In this document: positions 24,498 to 35,848 of the stretch, in pieces | How the letters are laid out: every line of letters starts with the position of its first letter | How positions within the stretch are numbered: the stretch's first letter is position 1 | Source of the DNA: Octopus bimaculoides | Taxonomy: Eukaryota | NCBI RefSeq assembly: GCF_001194135.2 | Contig: NC_068990.1 | Coordinates: forward strand, 24,770,387 to 24,834,386 | DNA: 64,000 nucleotides | Reading direction: 5' to 3' | Program-made: the position numbers and the translations under genes | The notes under the pieces: model-generated | What the model was told of the DNA's origin: nothing | Seen by the model: the letters and a program-made list of their open reading frames with translations, nothing else | Databases searched by the model: none

Positions 24498-25800
24498 CCA
24501 CGACACATCCTGAGTTGAGAATAGCGTCAATTGATCGTAGGACGCATACGTTTCTGCGATTTTTCACGTTGTCAACTACAAACACCAACTCTGTCATTCA
24601 CAACCCAATATATGCTTTCACACATACCGTCTAGAAGTTTCTTCAAGGACTATTTCCACAGCGGAAGGTCTTCTCACATCCAAATATACTCGAAACTGTT
24701 AAATGGGATTTTGCACAAATGTATTTTGTTCAATGCTACTTTGTGCAACTTTATTTATACAGTACAGAAAATCTGAATCTTCCACGACTCAATGTTTGAC
24801 AGCCGTGCAGACTTGAAAACGCAAGAATCATAATATTTTTAATTTGCTACAAATGATTAATGAAAGGACATTGCACGTACGAAAAGTCGAAATACGTACA
24901 AATGGACAGTTTCATTAAGTAGAAAATATAAAAATATCCGATTAACATAAAAAGAAATTGAAAAATATAAAATAAAACTAAATCGTGTAAGATATATAGG
25001 TTACATTGGGCGAATTAGACACCTTTGACTCTCCAGTTGGCCCTAACACAGAAGCCAAATCTCTTCTCTTTAACTAACACACTACAAACAAAACCAGAAT
25101 GTTGAGCCACTGAACTACGCTAAGCATAGCACTCTCACTTATCGTTCATTTCCTCACTTCTCACTTTCTATTTCAATTGATACTGATAAAGACAGTACAG
25201 GTTTCTTTCAAAAGGAAAAATTTATGGTCGCAAATCAATCAGTTTCATGCAACACACTCGATATTTTACCATAGCAACTGGGCACAAAACATTGCATGGC
25301 CTCCTTTGTCAAAAATGGTGACCAGAGTAATATTTATGAGAGTCTTGTGAATAACCTGATCTTTTCAACTTGACGTAGCAACATTTTTACGCAAGTGCCC
25401 AGACAAGCAAGCCAACAGGATATATTCACGATGCCCTACAATATCTTGAATGTATCCTGTCGTATTGTTCATCAATACGTTGTTTCCATTCAAAATGTAA
25501 GCCTTGTATAGTGTGTTGTGATCTGTGACCTGAACTAGAACTGCCATGGCAAGGATTTTTATAAATACTAATCTTTACAAAGCTTGTTTTACTCTTAGAA
25601 TGTTGCCATTCAAATAATTTAATGGCAAGTTATGTCCTTACTTCTGTAATCGGTCTCTGGCCTGCTGACAAAACATACTTCCTGTAATTCACTTTTATCA
25701 CGAATACCAAACTACAGAAACAACGAAGGTTCCTTTTCTTTCTTGTTTAATCTGCCGGAAATAACAACTCAGTCGCCCTTAAATCAATAGCCTATTAAAT

Positions 25801-26131
25801 AAGAGCACTCAGAGAGCGCAAACTTCCGCCAAGGCAACACCAACGTCCTCTCAACGATTAGTGAGCGATGATTTTTAAAATGAGAATATCTGAAATACGA
25901 GAATACTGAAAATGAACCCAACTGCTCTCAAAAATTAAGTAAGAAAACAGAAAAAATAATCCAGAATCCGTGTCCGGTACCGGACTCATCTCAAAATCTA
26001 ACCAGTTCGTGCAAGTTTTGAGGCCAAACATCCCTGAAAATTTCATCTGAATCCATCCAGCGGTTCTTGAGATATCAAACAAACAAACAAACAAACAAAC
26101 ACGACTGAAAACAATACCTCCGCCTTCGCTA
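25801..26131 (-). mobile_element. Non-autonomous Helentron (DINE-1/HINE-like), slightly 5'-truncated
   Basis: Minus strand has gcgaaggcggaggta near the 5' end, a (GTTT)n tract, a second ggcggaagt subterminal motif near the 3' end, and a terminal hairpin gcgctc-tct-gagtgc followed by T-rich sequence. Confidence 0.7.
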
Positions 26132-26253
26132 GTTACAATGCCTGAAAGAAGACATATGGTCACGCTGGAACGTCTTTGGTCAAAGACCTGCTACGTGAGG
26201 GCTGGCTTCAGGGTAAACACAATGAACATATTCCACTTACGAAATATTTGTAG

Positions 26254-26582
26254 GCATGACTATCCGGTTAAGAAGGTCGATTTGCAAGCACGTGGTTTGG
26301 AGTTCAGTCCCGGTGTGCGTAATCTTGAGCAAGTGTCTTCTACTATAGGCCCGGGATGTTTGATGCCTTGTCAGTGGATTTGGTAGATGGAAACTGTAGA
26401 TACATGTGTGTATATGTCTTTGTGTTTGTAACCCGCAACCTCTTGATAACTGGTGCAGGTTTGTTTACATCCCCGTAACTTAGAGATTCGGCACTGATAG
26501 ACTGATAGAATAAGTATCCGACTTTGAAATATTTGCTGGGGTCGATTTGCTCAAGTTAACTCTTCAAGGTTGTGCTCCAGAA
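26254..26582 (+). mobile_element. Family K SINE, near full length, diverged
   Basis: gtaggcatgactatccggttaagaag ... ggagttcagtcccgg ... cttgagcaagtgtcttctactataggcccggg ... gtggatttggtagatggaaactg. Confidence 0.8.
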
Positions 26583-27316
26583 GGATGGGAAGTAAAGTTG
26601 ACTTTGGCAACATTTGAACTCAGAACCTAATGGAATATATAAAATATCAGAAGGTATTTTAGTTGCAACGCTACCGGTTCTACTAATCTACATCCCTCAT
26701 ATATCGCATTTATAAATACCGTCAGTTAGTCGTTGTTGTCTTTGAACAGGATAGAAAAGCTGAATCTATCTCATATAGAATGTAGTGTACTGCTTTATGA
26801 TTGTGAACAGGCTGTTCCTACTCTGAGTCGACCAATAATCAATAAAAGAAGAAAAAATCAATTACGTATCCTACATTTATTGATCTTAGATTAATGGGAA
26901 CTGGAAATTTTTCACTGAAAACATTTTAATAAAAAGAAAATGATAGATAGGTAGATATATCTCTTAATAAAAACAGAAGGTAAAATGATGAGAGAATACT
27001 ATGCGGCTGGTCAAATGTTACGTCTTCAGTTCATGAACAGAAGAGTTTTTTGGCAAATGTGCGTCAGATAAAATAATTGTGTTCGTGTAGCACCAACAGT
27101 TAATTTGGCATGGTCACAACCTTTTGGTAAAAGTAGAACAAAGTGAAGAGCGAAAAGAATAAAGCTTGCGGCCTTGAATTTATATAATTGTTTCGACTGC
27201 AATTTTTCATCTTTTCTAAAGAACAAACTATTAATGTTAAAGAATAATAACGTATAGAAGAGAAAAAAAGAGATACCAAATATATCTTAGCAAAGAGGAA
27301 AACTTATTGTCTGGCA

Positions 27317-27318
<2 letters not shown>

Positions 27319-27368
<50 letters not shown>

Positions 27369-27890
27369 NNNNNNNNNNNNNNNNNNNNNNNNNNNNNNNN
27401 NNNNNNNNNNNNNNNNNNNNNNNNNNNNNNNNNNNNNNNNNNNNNNNNNNNNNNNNNNNNNNNNNNNNNNNNNNNNNNNNNNNNNNNNNNNNNNNNNNNN
27501 NNNNNNNNNNNNNNNNNNNNNNNNNNNNNNNNNNNNNNNNNNNNNNNNNNNNNNNNNNNNNNNNNNNNNNNNNNNNNNTATATATATATATATGTATGTA
27601 TGTATATATATATATATATATACGTATGTATGTATGTATATATATACGTATGTATGTATGTATATATACGTATGTATGTATGTATATATATATATGTATG
27701 TATGTATGTATATATATATATGTATGTATGTATATATATATATGTATGTATGTATATATATATGTATGTATGTATATATGTATGTATATATATATATATA
27801 TATATGTATATAATATATATACATATATGTGTGTGTATGTACATACACACATACACATGTATGTATGTATGTATATGTATGTATGTGTCT
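27319..27890. repeat. (TA)n/(TATG)n compound microsatellite spanning an assembly gap
   Basis: Read directly from the sequence. Confidence 0.95.
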
Positions 27891-29222
27891 GCGTATCTTT
27901 AAAGAGGCATAGAGTTTATTTTAGGAGAAAGGGCAAATAAAAAGTTGTTTATTTTACAACTTTCGCGAGGATATTAGTGGCGTAAATAAAGTGATTCAAA
28001 CGGGAATGGAAATCTATTCACGAACTGGTTTCGGCTCACTGGTGGCTCGCTTCATGTTATACGGTTATTTCCATCGGAAATGGCCGAATATTGAAAATGG
28101 AAAATGAAGATCATCCTGAGTATTACAAACAATTTACTTATTATTTTCGTTTATTCTGTTTCGAGCCTATAAAAGCAACGTGCATAAAGGTTATTACTAG
28201 AGATGTCTTACCTTATGAAGTTTTATAACATATTGAATTTGCATGAGTCAGTAAGAGGAGATAATTCAAATCAACATCAAAGAAACCACAAATCTGCATA
28301 TAAAATTAAATATTGTTGTTTAGTTATATACCATCGCTGATCCAGTGGAACCACGATCAAAGATATTCCATTCATGATAATCCTGACTTGTTTTTGGGTA
28401 TTATCTACCCGGGCTTCAATATTCAAAGTTTCCTTTTGAGAGGGTGTGATACAATTTTAGCGAAACTTAGTTGCAATTTCCAGTAAATCAATCGAGGGGA
28501 TGATTACGTTTAGAATGCCTTTGATTATAGGTTTATTCAATCAGAACTGATATAGTCCGAACAGAGAAGCACTTAAAGGCTTCCTTGTTTGGCTGTCGGA
28601 AGCGCAATACTCTAGCGCACCTCAGTTTCATAATCTAAGAAATTAAATTTTACTTCATATATTTGGTGAAGATGAGTGACCAAATGACTAGGGTGTTGTA
28701 TTCATTATCTCAAAATCGTGGTTTCGATTCCCGGACCAGGTGATGCGTTGTATTATTCAGCAAAATGCTTCATTTCTCATTTCTCCAAGCCAGTCAGCTG
28801 TAAATGAGTAACCCTATGAAGGACTGGCATCCTATCCAGGATGAATGTTGTGATTCTGGTCATTTATACTCCACGGAAACCAAATGATCGGTCCTATGAG
28901 TTCTAGGACTCCAGACAGTAATGTCCAAGGGACGGTAATGCTCACGATGATATTCTGTCCTTTCTGCCTTGTCAATAAACTTTTTATAGTGTACATTGAC
29001 CCCGTTAACAACTTACTATGGCCTAGATTAAGAATAAGGTATTTTAGGATCAATTATCGTTACTCGGCCCCCGAGATCCAGTTTAAGCTTTGATCTAACC
29101 TGCAAAGCCAAACGAGTTTAACGACCCTGTTCTAATACTTTAACATAGGACAATAAAAATAGTTTATGAAGTAATATTGGTCTCCACTTTATAGTGAATG
29201 TTCTGCAGTTACCATGCGAGAA

Positions 29223-29471
29223 ACTCTCATATTGGCTTTTGGTGCAAAATGTACTCTTGTTTATATTACTAGCTGAGAGATAAATCCCCCGCCACCTTCA
29301 GCGCCGAGAATTGCTGCTATCTCTAGCGGTCGTGCATCCATCATTGACAAGACCAAGGAAGGCCGAAATCATGTGATCTGAAGGTGGCGGCGCTGGAGAT
29401 GGCGGGGATTTATCTCTCCGCTAACGATATAAACTAGAGCACATTTTGTACCCAAAAGTCAATAGGAAAGT
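29223..29471. mobile_element. Foldback/MITE-like element with 84-bp imperfect inverted arms
   Basis: The left arm (29223-29306) matches the reverse complement of the right arm (29388-29471): caaaatgtactcttgtttatattactagctgagagataaatcccccgccaccttcagcgccg versus caaaatgtgctctagtttatatcgttagcggagagataaatccccgccatctccagcgccg. Confidence 0.8.
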
Positions 29472-29724
29472 GGCAATAAATATCACCTCTCAGTATTATT
29501 ACTGCCTCTGTCGCTAATAGATAGTTTACGAAATGTTGAAGAGTGAGATACAAGCGTATCTTAGAGACAACATTACTATATGTCAGGTAATGTTTTTAAA
29601 TCTTTAATTAACATATAAACTAATGCTAAGATGATTATATGTCTGGCCTAGAAAAAGAATATATTTGTACATCAGACTACATGAAATAACGCGCTTTGGT
29701 TATTTTTTATGGTTTTTCTTTTAC

Positions 29725-29935
29725 TTGTTTAAGTTAGTGGATTGTGGCCATGCTGGAGCACTCCCTTGAAGGGTTTTAGTTGAACAAATTGATTCCAGAG
29801 CTTGTTTCTTAAATATGGTATTTATTCTATCGGTCTTCTGTGCTGAAACGCTATTACGTTACGGGGACGCAAGCAAACCAATTCCATCTGTCAAGTGGTG
29901 GGGAGAAACACAAACACAAAGATACACGCATGAAC
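29725..29935 (-). mobile_element. Family K SINE, 3' half
   Basis: gattgtggccatgctggagcac ... acggggacgcaagcaaacc ... gtcaagtgg. Confidence 0.75.
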
Positions 29936-29936
29936 A

Positions 29937-29974
<38 letters not shown>

Positions 29975-29975
29975 G

Positions 29976-30500
29976 AAATTAATGTGGGCTGCTGGGTGCA
30001 ATATAAACTGTACAGGCAAAATGTAGTCGTCATTAATTTCTTACACATATGTTGCAAGAAATAAGCGTTCCTAATGGGAATTGCCAACAATGTGCATCCA
30101 TTACTTTTATGGAACAGTTAATTCGCTCTGTCAGCATATATATTTGCCATGTACATTCATGGCTGATTGAGCGAAATGCCAAATCGTATAGTTAAAATTA
30201 ATTTGGACTGCTGAGCGCAATATAAACTGTATAGGCAAAATTTAGTTGTCATTAATTGCGACAGTATGTGCTTCAGGCACATATATTGTTAGAAATAAGA
30301 GTTAAACCACTTATAGCTGCGTAAAAGCACATTTTATGTATACTGACAAGGTAGATAACTGCTCCATGAGCTAGAACAGTGGACTGCACAGTTTCATCCT
30401 AATAGGAATTATCAACAGTGTGCCTCTATTGCTTTTATGGAACAGTTAATTCTCTTTGTCAGTATATATATTTATCATATATATCTATAGCTAATTTAAT
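29976..30500 (+). repeat. Local tandem duplication, unit about 220 bp; the second unit has an extra ~100 bp
   Basis: aaattaat.tgg.ctgctg.g.gcaatataaactgta.aggcaaaat occurs at 29976 and 30195. The block cttttatggaacagttaattc also occurs twice. Confidence 0.85.
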
Positions 30501-30650
30501 ATATACCTGGTGACTCGGAAACCTACTACGGATCCCTAGCTCCAGCCTTAGGTGTGAACTTGGAACGTAACGGATGACAAACTATAGCACTTACACACCG
30601 TATCTATTGGTTTAGATCATCAGTGAACTAAACTCCTCATATACTTTATA

Positions 30651-30703
<53 letters not shown>

Positions 30704-30964
30704 GGGAAAATAAGTAAATGAGTAGACACTTTACCGGTGAGTGTGTTAAATAATAAGGCACGAAAAGAGAATGACTCTCTCCAGACACAACAAAATATGC
30801 TTCAAGGCGTTATATATATAACATAACAAACGGCAAACAGGACAGAAACAAGATACACGGACCATTCGCAGCAGATTTCTTCATCAGTCGGTTTCTGGAA
30901 AGTCAGACTGAACTCGGAACCATGTGGTTGAGAAACAAACTTCTTACCACAATATCATATTTTA

Positions 30965-32270
30965 GGTTTTACTTGTTTCAGTTGGACTGCGACTAAGCTG
31001 AGCTACAGATTTGCAGGGATTAACCAAGCAAATCGAATCCAGTACTTCTATTTTAAGTATAGTACTTTTTTACTAGTCTCTTTTGCTGAATCGCTAAGTT
31101 ACGGAGGCGCAAACAAGCCAATATCGATTGCCAAGCAATAGTAGATTTGGACAAAAAACACACACAAACATGTACACATATATACGAGGTGCGTTCAAAG
31201 AATATCCAACTTTATTTTTACTCGCCCAAACTAATACTGCGTAGGAAAATCCTTTGGGGAAGAAGTGACGCTACCCTTAACTGCGCATGCCTGAAAATTT
31301 TCGCGCTCATAGGTCGCGTAAGTTCTCGGCTGTTACGCCTAGAATCCAGTTGTATAGTTTGCACTCGTCGCGTTTTTGTTTTTATCGTACGCATCGAGCA
31401 GAGATATTACATCGAGTTTTGCCAAAAGCTTGGTGATGCTCAAGCTCAAACCATCTAGAAAATTTAGCGGACTTCTGATGATGATGCCATGGGCAAAACT
31501 CAGATCAAGGAGTGGTACAACCGCTTCAAACATGGCTGCGCCTCAGTGGAGAGCGAGGCACGCTCAGGCAAGACCATCCACAAGTCGAAACGAGGAGCCG
31601 ATTGAGAAGGTTCGGCGAATAGACATGGAAGACCATCGTGTGACATTCCAGGAAATTACTCACGAAGTGGGAATATGGTCCAGTGCATTTCATTTTAACG
31701 GAGGATTTATGCATGCGGGGAGCATCGGCAACATCCCTTGACCCCCACCATTTTCATGTAATAAATCAAGCAGCTTCACATGGAAATTGCTCCGGACATG
31801 CTAGACTGTGCAAACCAGGATCCAGATATCAGGAAGAAATCTGGTGATGAGACATGAGTTTATAGTCTCTGCTCGAAGCGGTCGGTCATTGTACGTGAAA
31901 ACGAAAATCCGATAAACGCGCATTTCACGTTTGTACTCTAGGCATAACAGGCAGGAAAGAGAGGTTTCTCGCTTGCATAAAAAAATGTGGTGTCACCCCT
32001 CATTCAAAGAATTTCGCGCGCATTAGTTTAGGTGGAAAAAATAAATTCGGATACTTATTGAATGCACCTCGTACGTGTACATATATATACATACTTATAC
32101 ACATACATACATATACAACAGGTTTCAGCACAGTTTCCGTCTACTGAATTAAATTCAGCTCAAAAGATATTAGTCAACCCGTAACTATAATAGGGGACAT
32201 TTATGCAAGGTACTGTCCAGAGGGATCGATCATGGAACACTTTGCTGCAAAGCAAACACCTTAACCACAC
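30965..32270 (-). mobile_element. Family K SINE split by the mariner insertion
   Basis: The tail half lies at 30965-31180 and the head half at 32075-32270. The mariner element sits in the internal CA/TA tract. Confidence 0.7.
31185..32071 (+). mobile_element. Internally deleted mariner (Tc1/mariner) transposon with TIRs and TA TSD
   Basis: The 5' TIR cgaggtgcgttcaaagaatatccaa pairs with the reverse-complemented 3' TIR cgaggtgcattcaataagtatccga, and TA flanks both ends. The broken transposase reads EQRYYIEFCQKLG...KTQIKEWYNRFKHG...EARSG/RPSTS...KQLHMEIAPDMLDCANQDPD...GDET*V. The remainder of the catalytic domain is deleted. Confidence 0.92.
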
Positions 32271-33025
32271 ACATACACTCACACACGCACTCATACACAC
32301 ACACGCCCACACATCGCACCACACATACCTGTCTGCTGAAATAATTCCTAGATTTAGCAATAGGTTCTTAATAATACCATTCAACAACCTTTGTTCGTAT
32401 AACCGTGACGATAGAAAAATATTAATTTCAAAATATCTGCAAATAAACGGCGAAAATCTGCGGAAGGTGACAAGAGAGGCGCCTTTGCTGTCGTTTGTAG
32501 TCGGTTTCCGCTTAAATTTCTCCTTCTGCTTCAGTTATCGGTTTTATTTTTCTCTCTATATAATGCATTCTTTTATTTCTGTTAATAGATCAGCTAGGAC
32601 AAATATTGAGCGATGAAATTATAAAAAGCAATGAACCAAACGAACTTTAGCAGAAGACCAATATCTGACCACCATTTTCATGTAATAATCAAGTCTCAGT
32701 ATCAAATATATTCCAAGAAATTTAGTTTTATTCGGACGCCTCGAAGTAATATTAATGTCGACACTAAAATGTTGGCAACTAATTATCTGTAGAAGCTTCT
32801 CCAGTTTTACACGTCACACGCGCAAGCATAATATATACCTGTGTGTGCCTGCGTCTATGTGTGTGAGCCTTTGTGTGTGTGTGTGTGTGTGTGTGTACAA
32901 AGTTGAATACATACATAGAAGTTCACACATTTATATAGTGCTCGTATGTGAACACATACGAGTCTGTACAAAAAAACGAAACGTTTTCCTTTGTCTGTTT
33001 GTCTCTCTTTCTCTCTCTCTCTCTG

Positions 33026-33057
<32 letters not shown>

Positions 33058-33074
33058 CTTTCTCTTTTCTCTTT

Positions 33075-33177
33075 TCCTTGTTTCAGTCATTTGACTGTGG
33101 CCATGCTGGAGCACCACCTCTAGTCGAGCAAATCGACCCCAGGACTTATTATTTGGATGTCTAGTACTTATTCTATC
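33075..33177 (-). mobile_element. Family K SINE 3' end, running into a gap
   Basis: ttgtttcagtcatttgactgtggccatgctggagcaccacctctagtcgagcaaatcgaccccaggac. Confidence 0.85.
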
Positions 33178-33772
33178 NNNNNNNNNNNNNNNNNNNNNNN
33201 NNNNNNNNNNNNNNNNNNNNNNNNNNNNNNNNNNNNNNNNNNNNNNNNNNNNNNNNNNNNNNNNNNNNNNNNNNNNNNNNNNNNNNNNNNNNNNNNNNNN
33301 NNNNNNNNNNNNNNNNNNNNNNNNNNNNNNNNNNNNNNNNNNNNNNNNNNNNNNNNNNNNNNNNNNNNNNNNNNNNNNNNNNNNNNNNNNNNNNNNNNNN
33401 NNNNNNNNNNNNNNNNNNNNNNNNNNNNNNNNNNNNNNNNNNNNNNNNNNNNNNNNNNNNNNNNNNNNNNNNNNNNNNNNNNNNNNNNNNNNNNNNNNNN
33501 NNNNNNNNNNNNNNNNNNNNNNNNNNNNNNNNNNNNNNNNNNNNNNNNNNNNNNNNNNNNNNNNNNNNNNNNNNNNNNNNNNNNNNNNNNNNNNNNNNNN
33601 NNNNNNNNNNNNNNNNNNNNNNNNNNNNNNNNNNNNNNNNNNNNNNNNNNNNNNNNNNNNNNNNNNNNNNNNNNNNNNNNNNNNNNNNNNNNNNNNNNNN
33701 NNNNNNNNNNNNNNNNNNNNNNNNNNNNNNNNNNTATATATATATCCTTTTATTCTTTTACTTGTTTCAGTC

Positions 33773-33830
33773 ATTTGACTGCGGCCTTATATATTTGACT
33801 GCGGCCTTATATATTTGACTGCGGCATATA
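33773..33830 (+). repeat. 20-bp unit repeated about three times (atttgactgcggccttatat)
   Basis: Units start at 33773, 33793 and 33813; the third is truncated. Confidence 0.92.
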
Positions 33831-33834
33831 TAAA

Positions 33835-34330
33835 ACTTAAATATGTTTCGACCAAAGATTGACCCAGGCCATGTCTAACTTAATAGCACCATCTTATGGG
33901 ATTTGCTAAATGCTCTTTAAGTCAAGTTTTGTAGTAGCATGGCTCGTTCAAGTAGAGAGTTCTTGTTGAGTGAGCCGCATTCAAGTATAGGTGGCTTATC
34001 TGGTATCTCTTGAAGAAATTTGTCCAGATTCCGTTTTCAAAATGATGGGATGTTTTTCCTCTTTGATTTGTTCTGGAACAATGTCAAATAGAGCAGAACC
34101 TGTAGAGGAAAGAAATTGTGTAGCAATGTATTTATGTATTTTGACTTTGAATTGGGTCGGAGACGTATGGCACGTGGTTCTAGCCTTAGATGGGTTTTGA
34201 AACTAATGTTGAGATCGTTTTGGCAATGCTGGTGGTATATTCTTCATATCGTGCAGATGATATATCGCTCACGGTGGCACTGGAGAGAATAACGTTTCAA
34301 TGCTTTAAGGCGATCCTAATAATCGAGATG
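33835..34330 (-). mobile_element. CR1-type LINE 3' end (decayed ORF2 C-terminus plus 3' UTR)
   Basis: Minus strand translates to DRLKALKRYSLQCHRERYIICTI*RIYHQHCQNDLNISFKTHLRLEPRA..., matching the CR1-type YxxRLxxLxLYSLxRRRERYxIIYxWKI motif, followed by an LFxxVP..IK..LDKFL..IPD.P-like tail. Confidence 0.8.
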
Positions 34331-34454
34331 AGTTATGTCCTTAATTCTTTTAGTGAATGCCCTCTGGGATGAGTCAATTTTCGAAATGTCTTGAAATACG
34401 TGTGTGTGTGTGTGTGTTTGTGTATGAATACATACGCTCCTCGACCACATATAG

Positions 34455-34492
<38 letters not shown>

Positions 34493-34710
34493 ACAAATAA
34501 GAGGAATGACCAGCAAAAGTGGACTCCTATATGCTAGAAATAGATGCCGAATCATCTAACCACGAAGAATATGTTCTCAGTAAAATTTCAGCGAGACGAC
34601 AGACTGTAAGAGGGCAAGACAAATGAAAAAATACTAAATAAAAAAAACGATTAACCTACGTACCCACGGTTTCACCTGTTAATACTTACATAAGTAAATA
34701 TATATATATG

Positions 34711-34768
<58 letters not shown>

Positions 34769-35529
34769 CATACGCATGTATATGTAAATTGTATGTATGT
34801 CTGTGGTTGTATCCGAGTGAGAGACAAGGTAAAGTTACTGAGGAATAAGAGCGAAGCGGAAGTGAAAAATACTAAACTTAAGAGAAGAAAATCAACTATC
34901 TCTAACAATGGTGAAGGGTTAGTTATTATCAATTCAGTGAAATCTTGTTGAATCCTTCATAGAATCTTGTGTGTATTTGCGTGTCTTCAAATATTTCTTT
35001 TTCTGTCTACTTCTTCACCTTTGTCATACATTTTCTGGTGTAAATTACCCAAACAGTTCTTCCGACTATTGTGTTCCGCCACGATAACACGATTTTAACT
35101 ATACATGATAAATCTAGCGGAGTATTTTTTCTTGTTTTTTTTTCCCCGACTATAATTTAGTAATAAAATGTTGCTTGTATTATTTTACTGCTTTTTTTTC
35201 CTAATATTGTTATTCATTTTTCTTTTAGCAATTATTCTTGATTCATTTATTTATTTTGTCGTGTTATAAGACAATCAGATACATTTGAGAGTCGAAAATG
35301 TTCTATAACCTCTATTGAATGAATCGGTAAAACAGTACCGAAGACGTATTCATATAGTGTGTCACGGCATTTCCGCTTGATGGAGATCATTTATTTTAAT
35401 AAGCTATTGACTTCAGATGATTTTGAATGCACCTGACGAATGTGGTGTGAAGTAAAGAAAGAAAAACTTAGCTTGGTTTCTGAAACAATGGCAATCAACA
35501 CTTGACGAACGTTTATTGCCACACATACA

Positions 35530-35848
35530 ACTGGCATTCCGTCAGTTACGACGACGAGGGGGTTCCAGCTGGTCCGATTAACGGAACAGCCAGCTCTTGA
35601 AATTAACGTGCAAGTGGCTGAGCACTCCACAGACACGATAATACTAACATAGTTCCCTGGAAGATTCAATGTGACACAGAATGTGACAAAGCTGGCCCTT
35701 TAAAATGTAGGTACAACTCATTTTCACCGACTGAGTGAACTGGAGCAATGTGAAATAAAGTATCTTGCTCAAGGACACAACGCACTGCCGGGTATCGAAT
35801 TCACAACCTTACGATTGTGAGCCGAAGACCCTAACCACGCGCCATACC
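35530..35848 (-). mobile_element. tRNA-derived CORE-like SINE with family R tail (family R1)
   Basis: Minus strand core gtgtccttgagcaagatactttatttcacattgctccagttcactcag, with a 3' half homologous to the R2 copies (ctgtggagtgctcagccacttgcacgttaatttc). Confidence 0.85.

Noticed and set aside
28023-28056. Minus-strand catgaagcgagccaccagtgagccgaaaccagt, a possible decayed hammerhead
   Set aside because: Both the core box and stem II need several assumed mutations, and there is no PLE coding sequence nearby.
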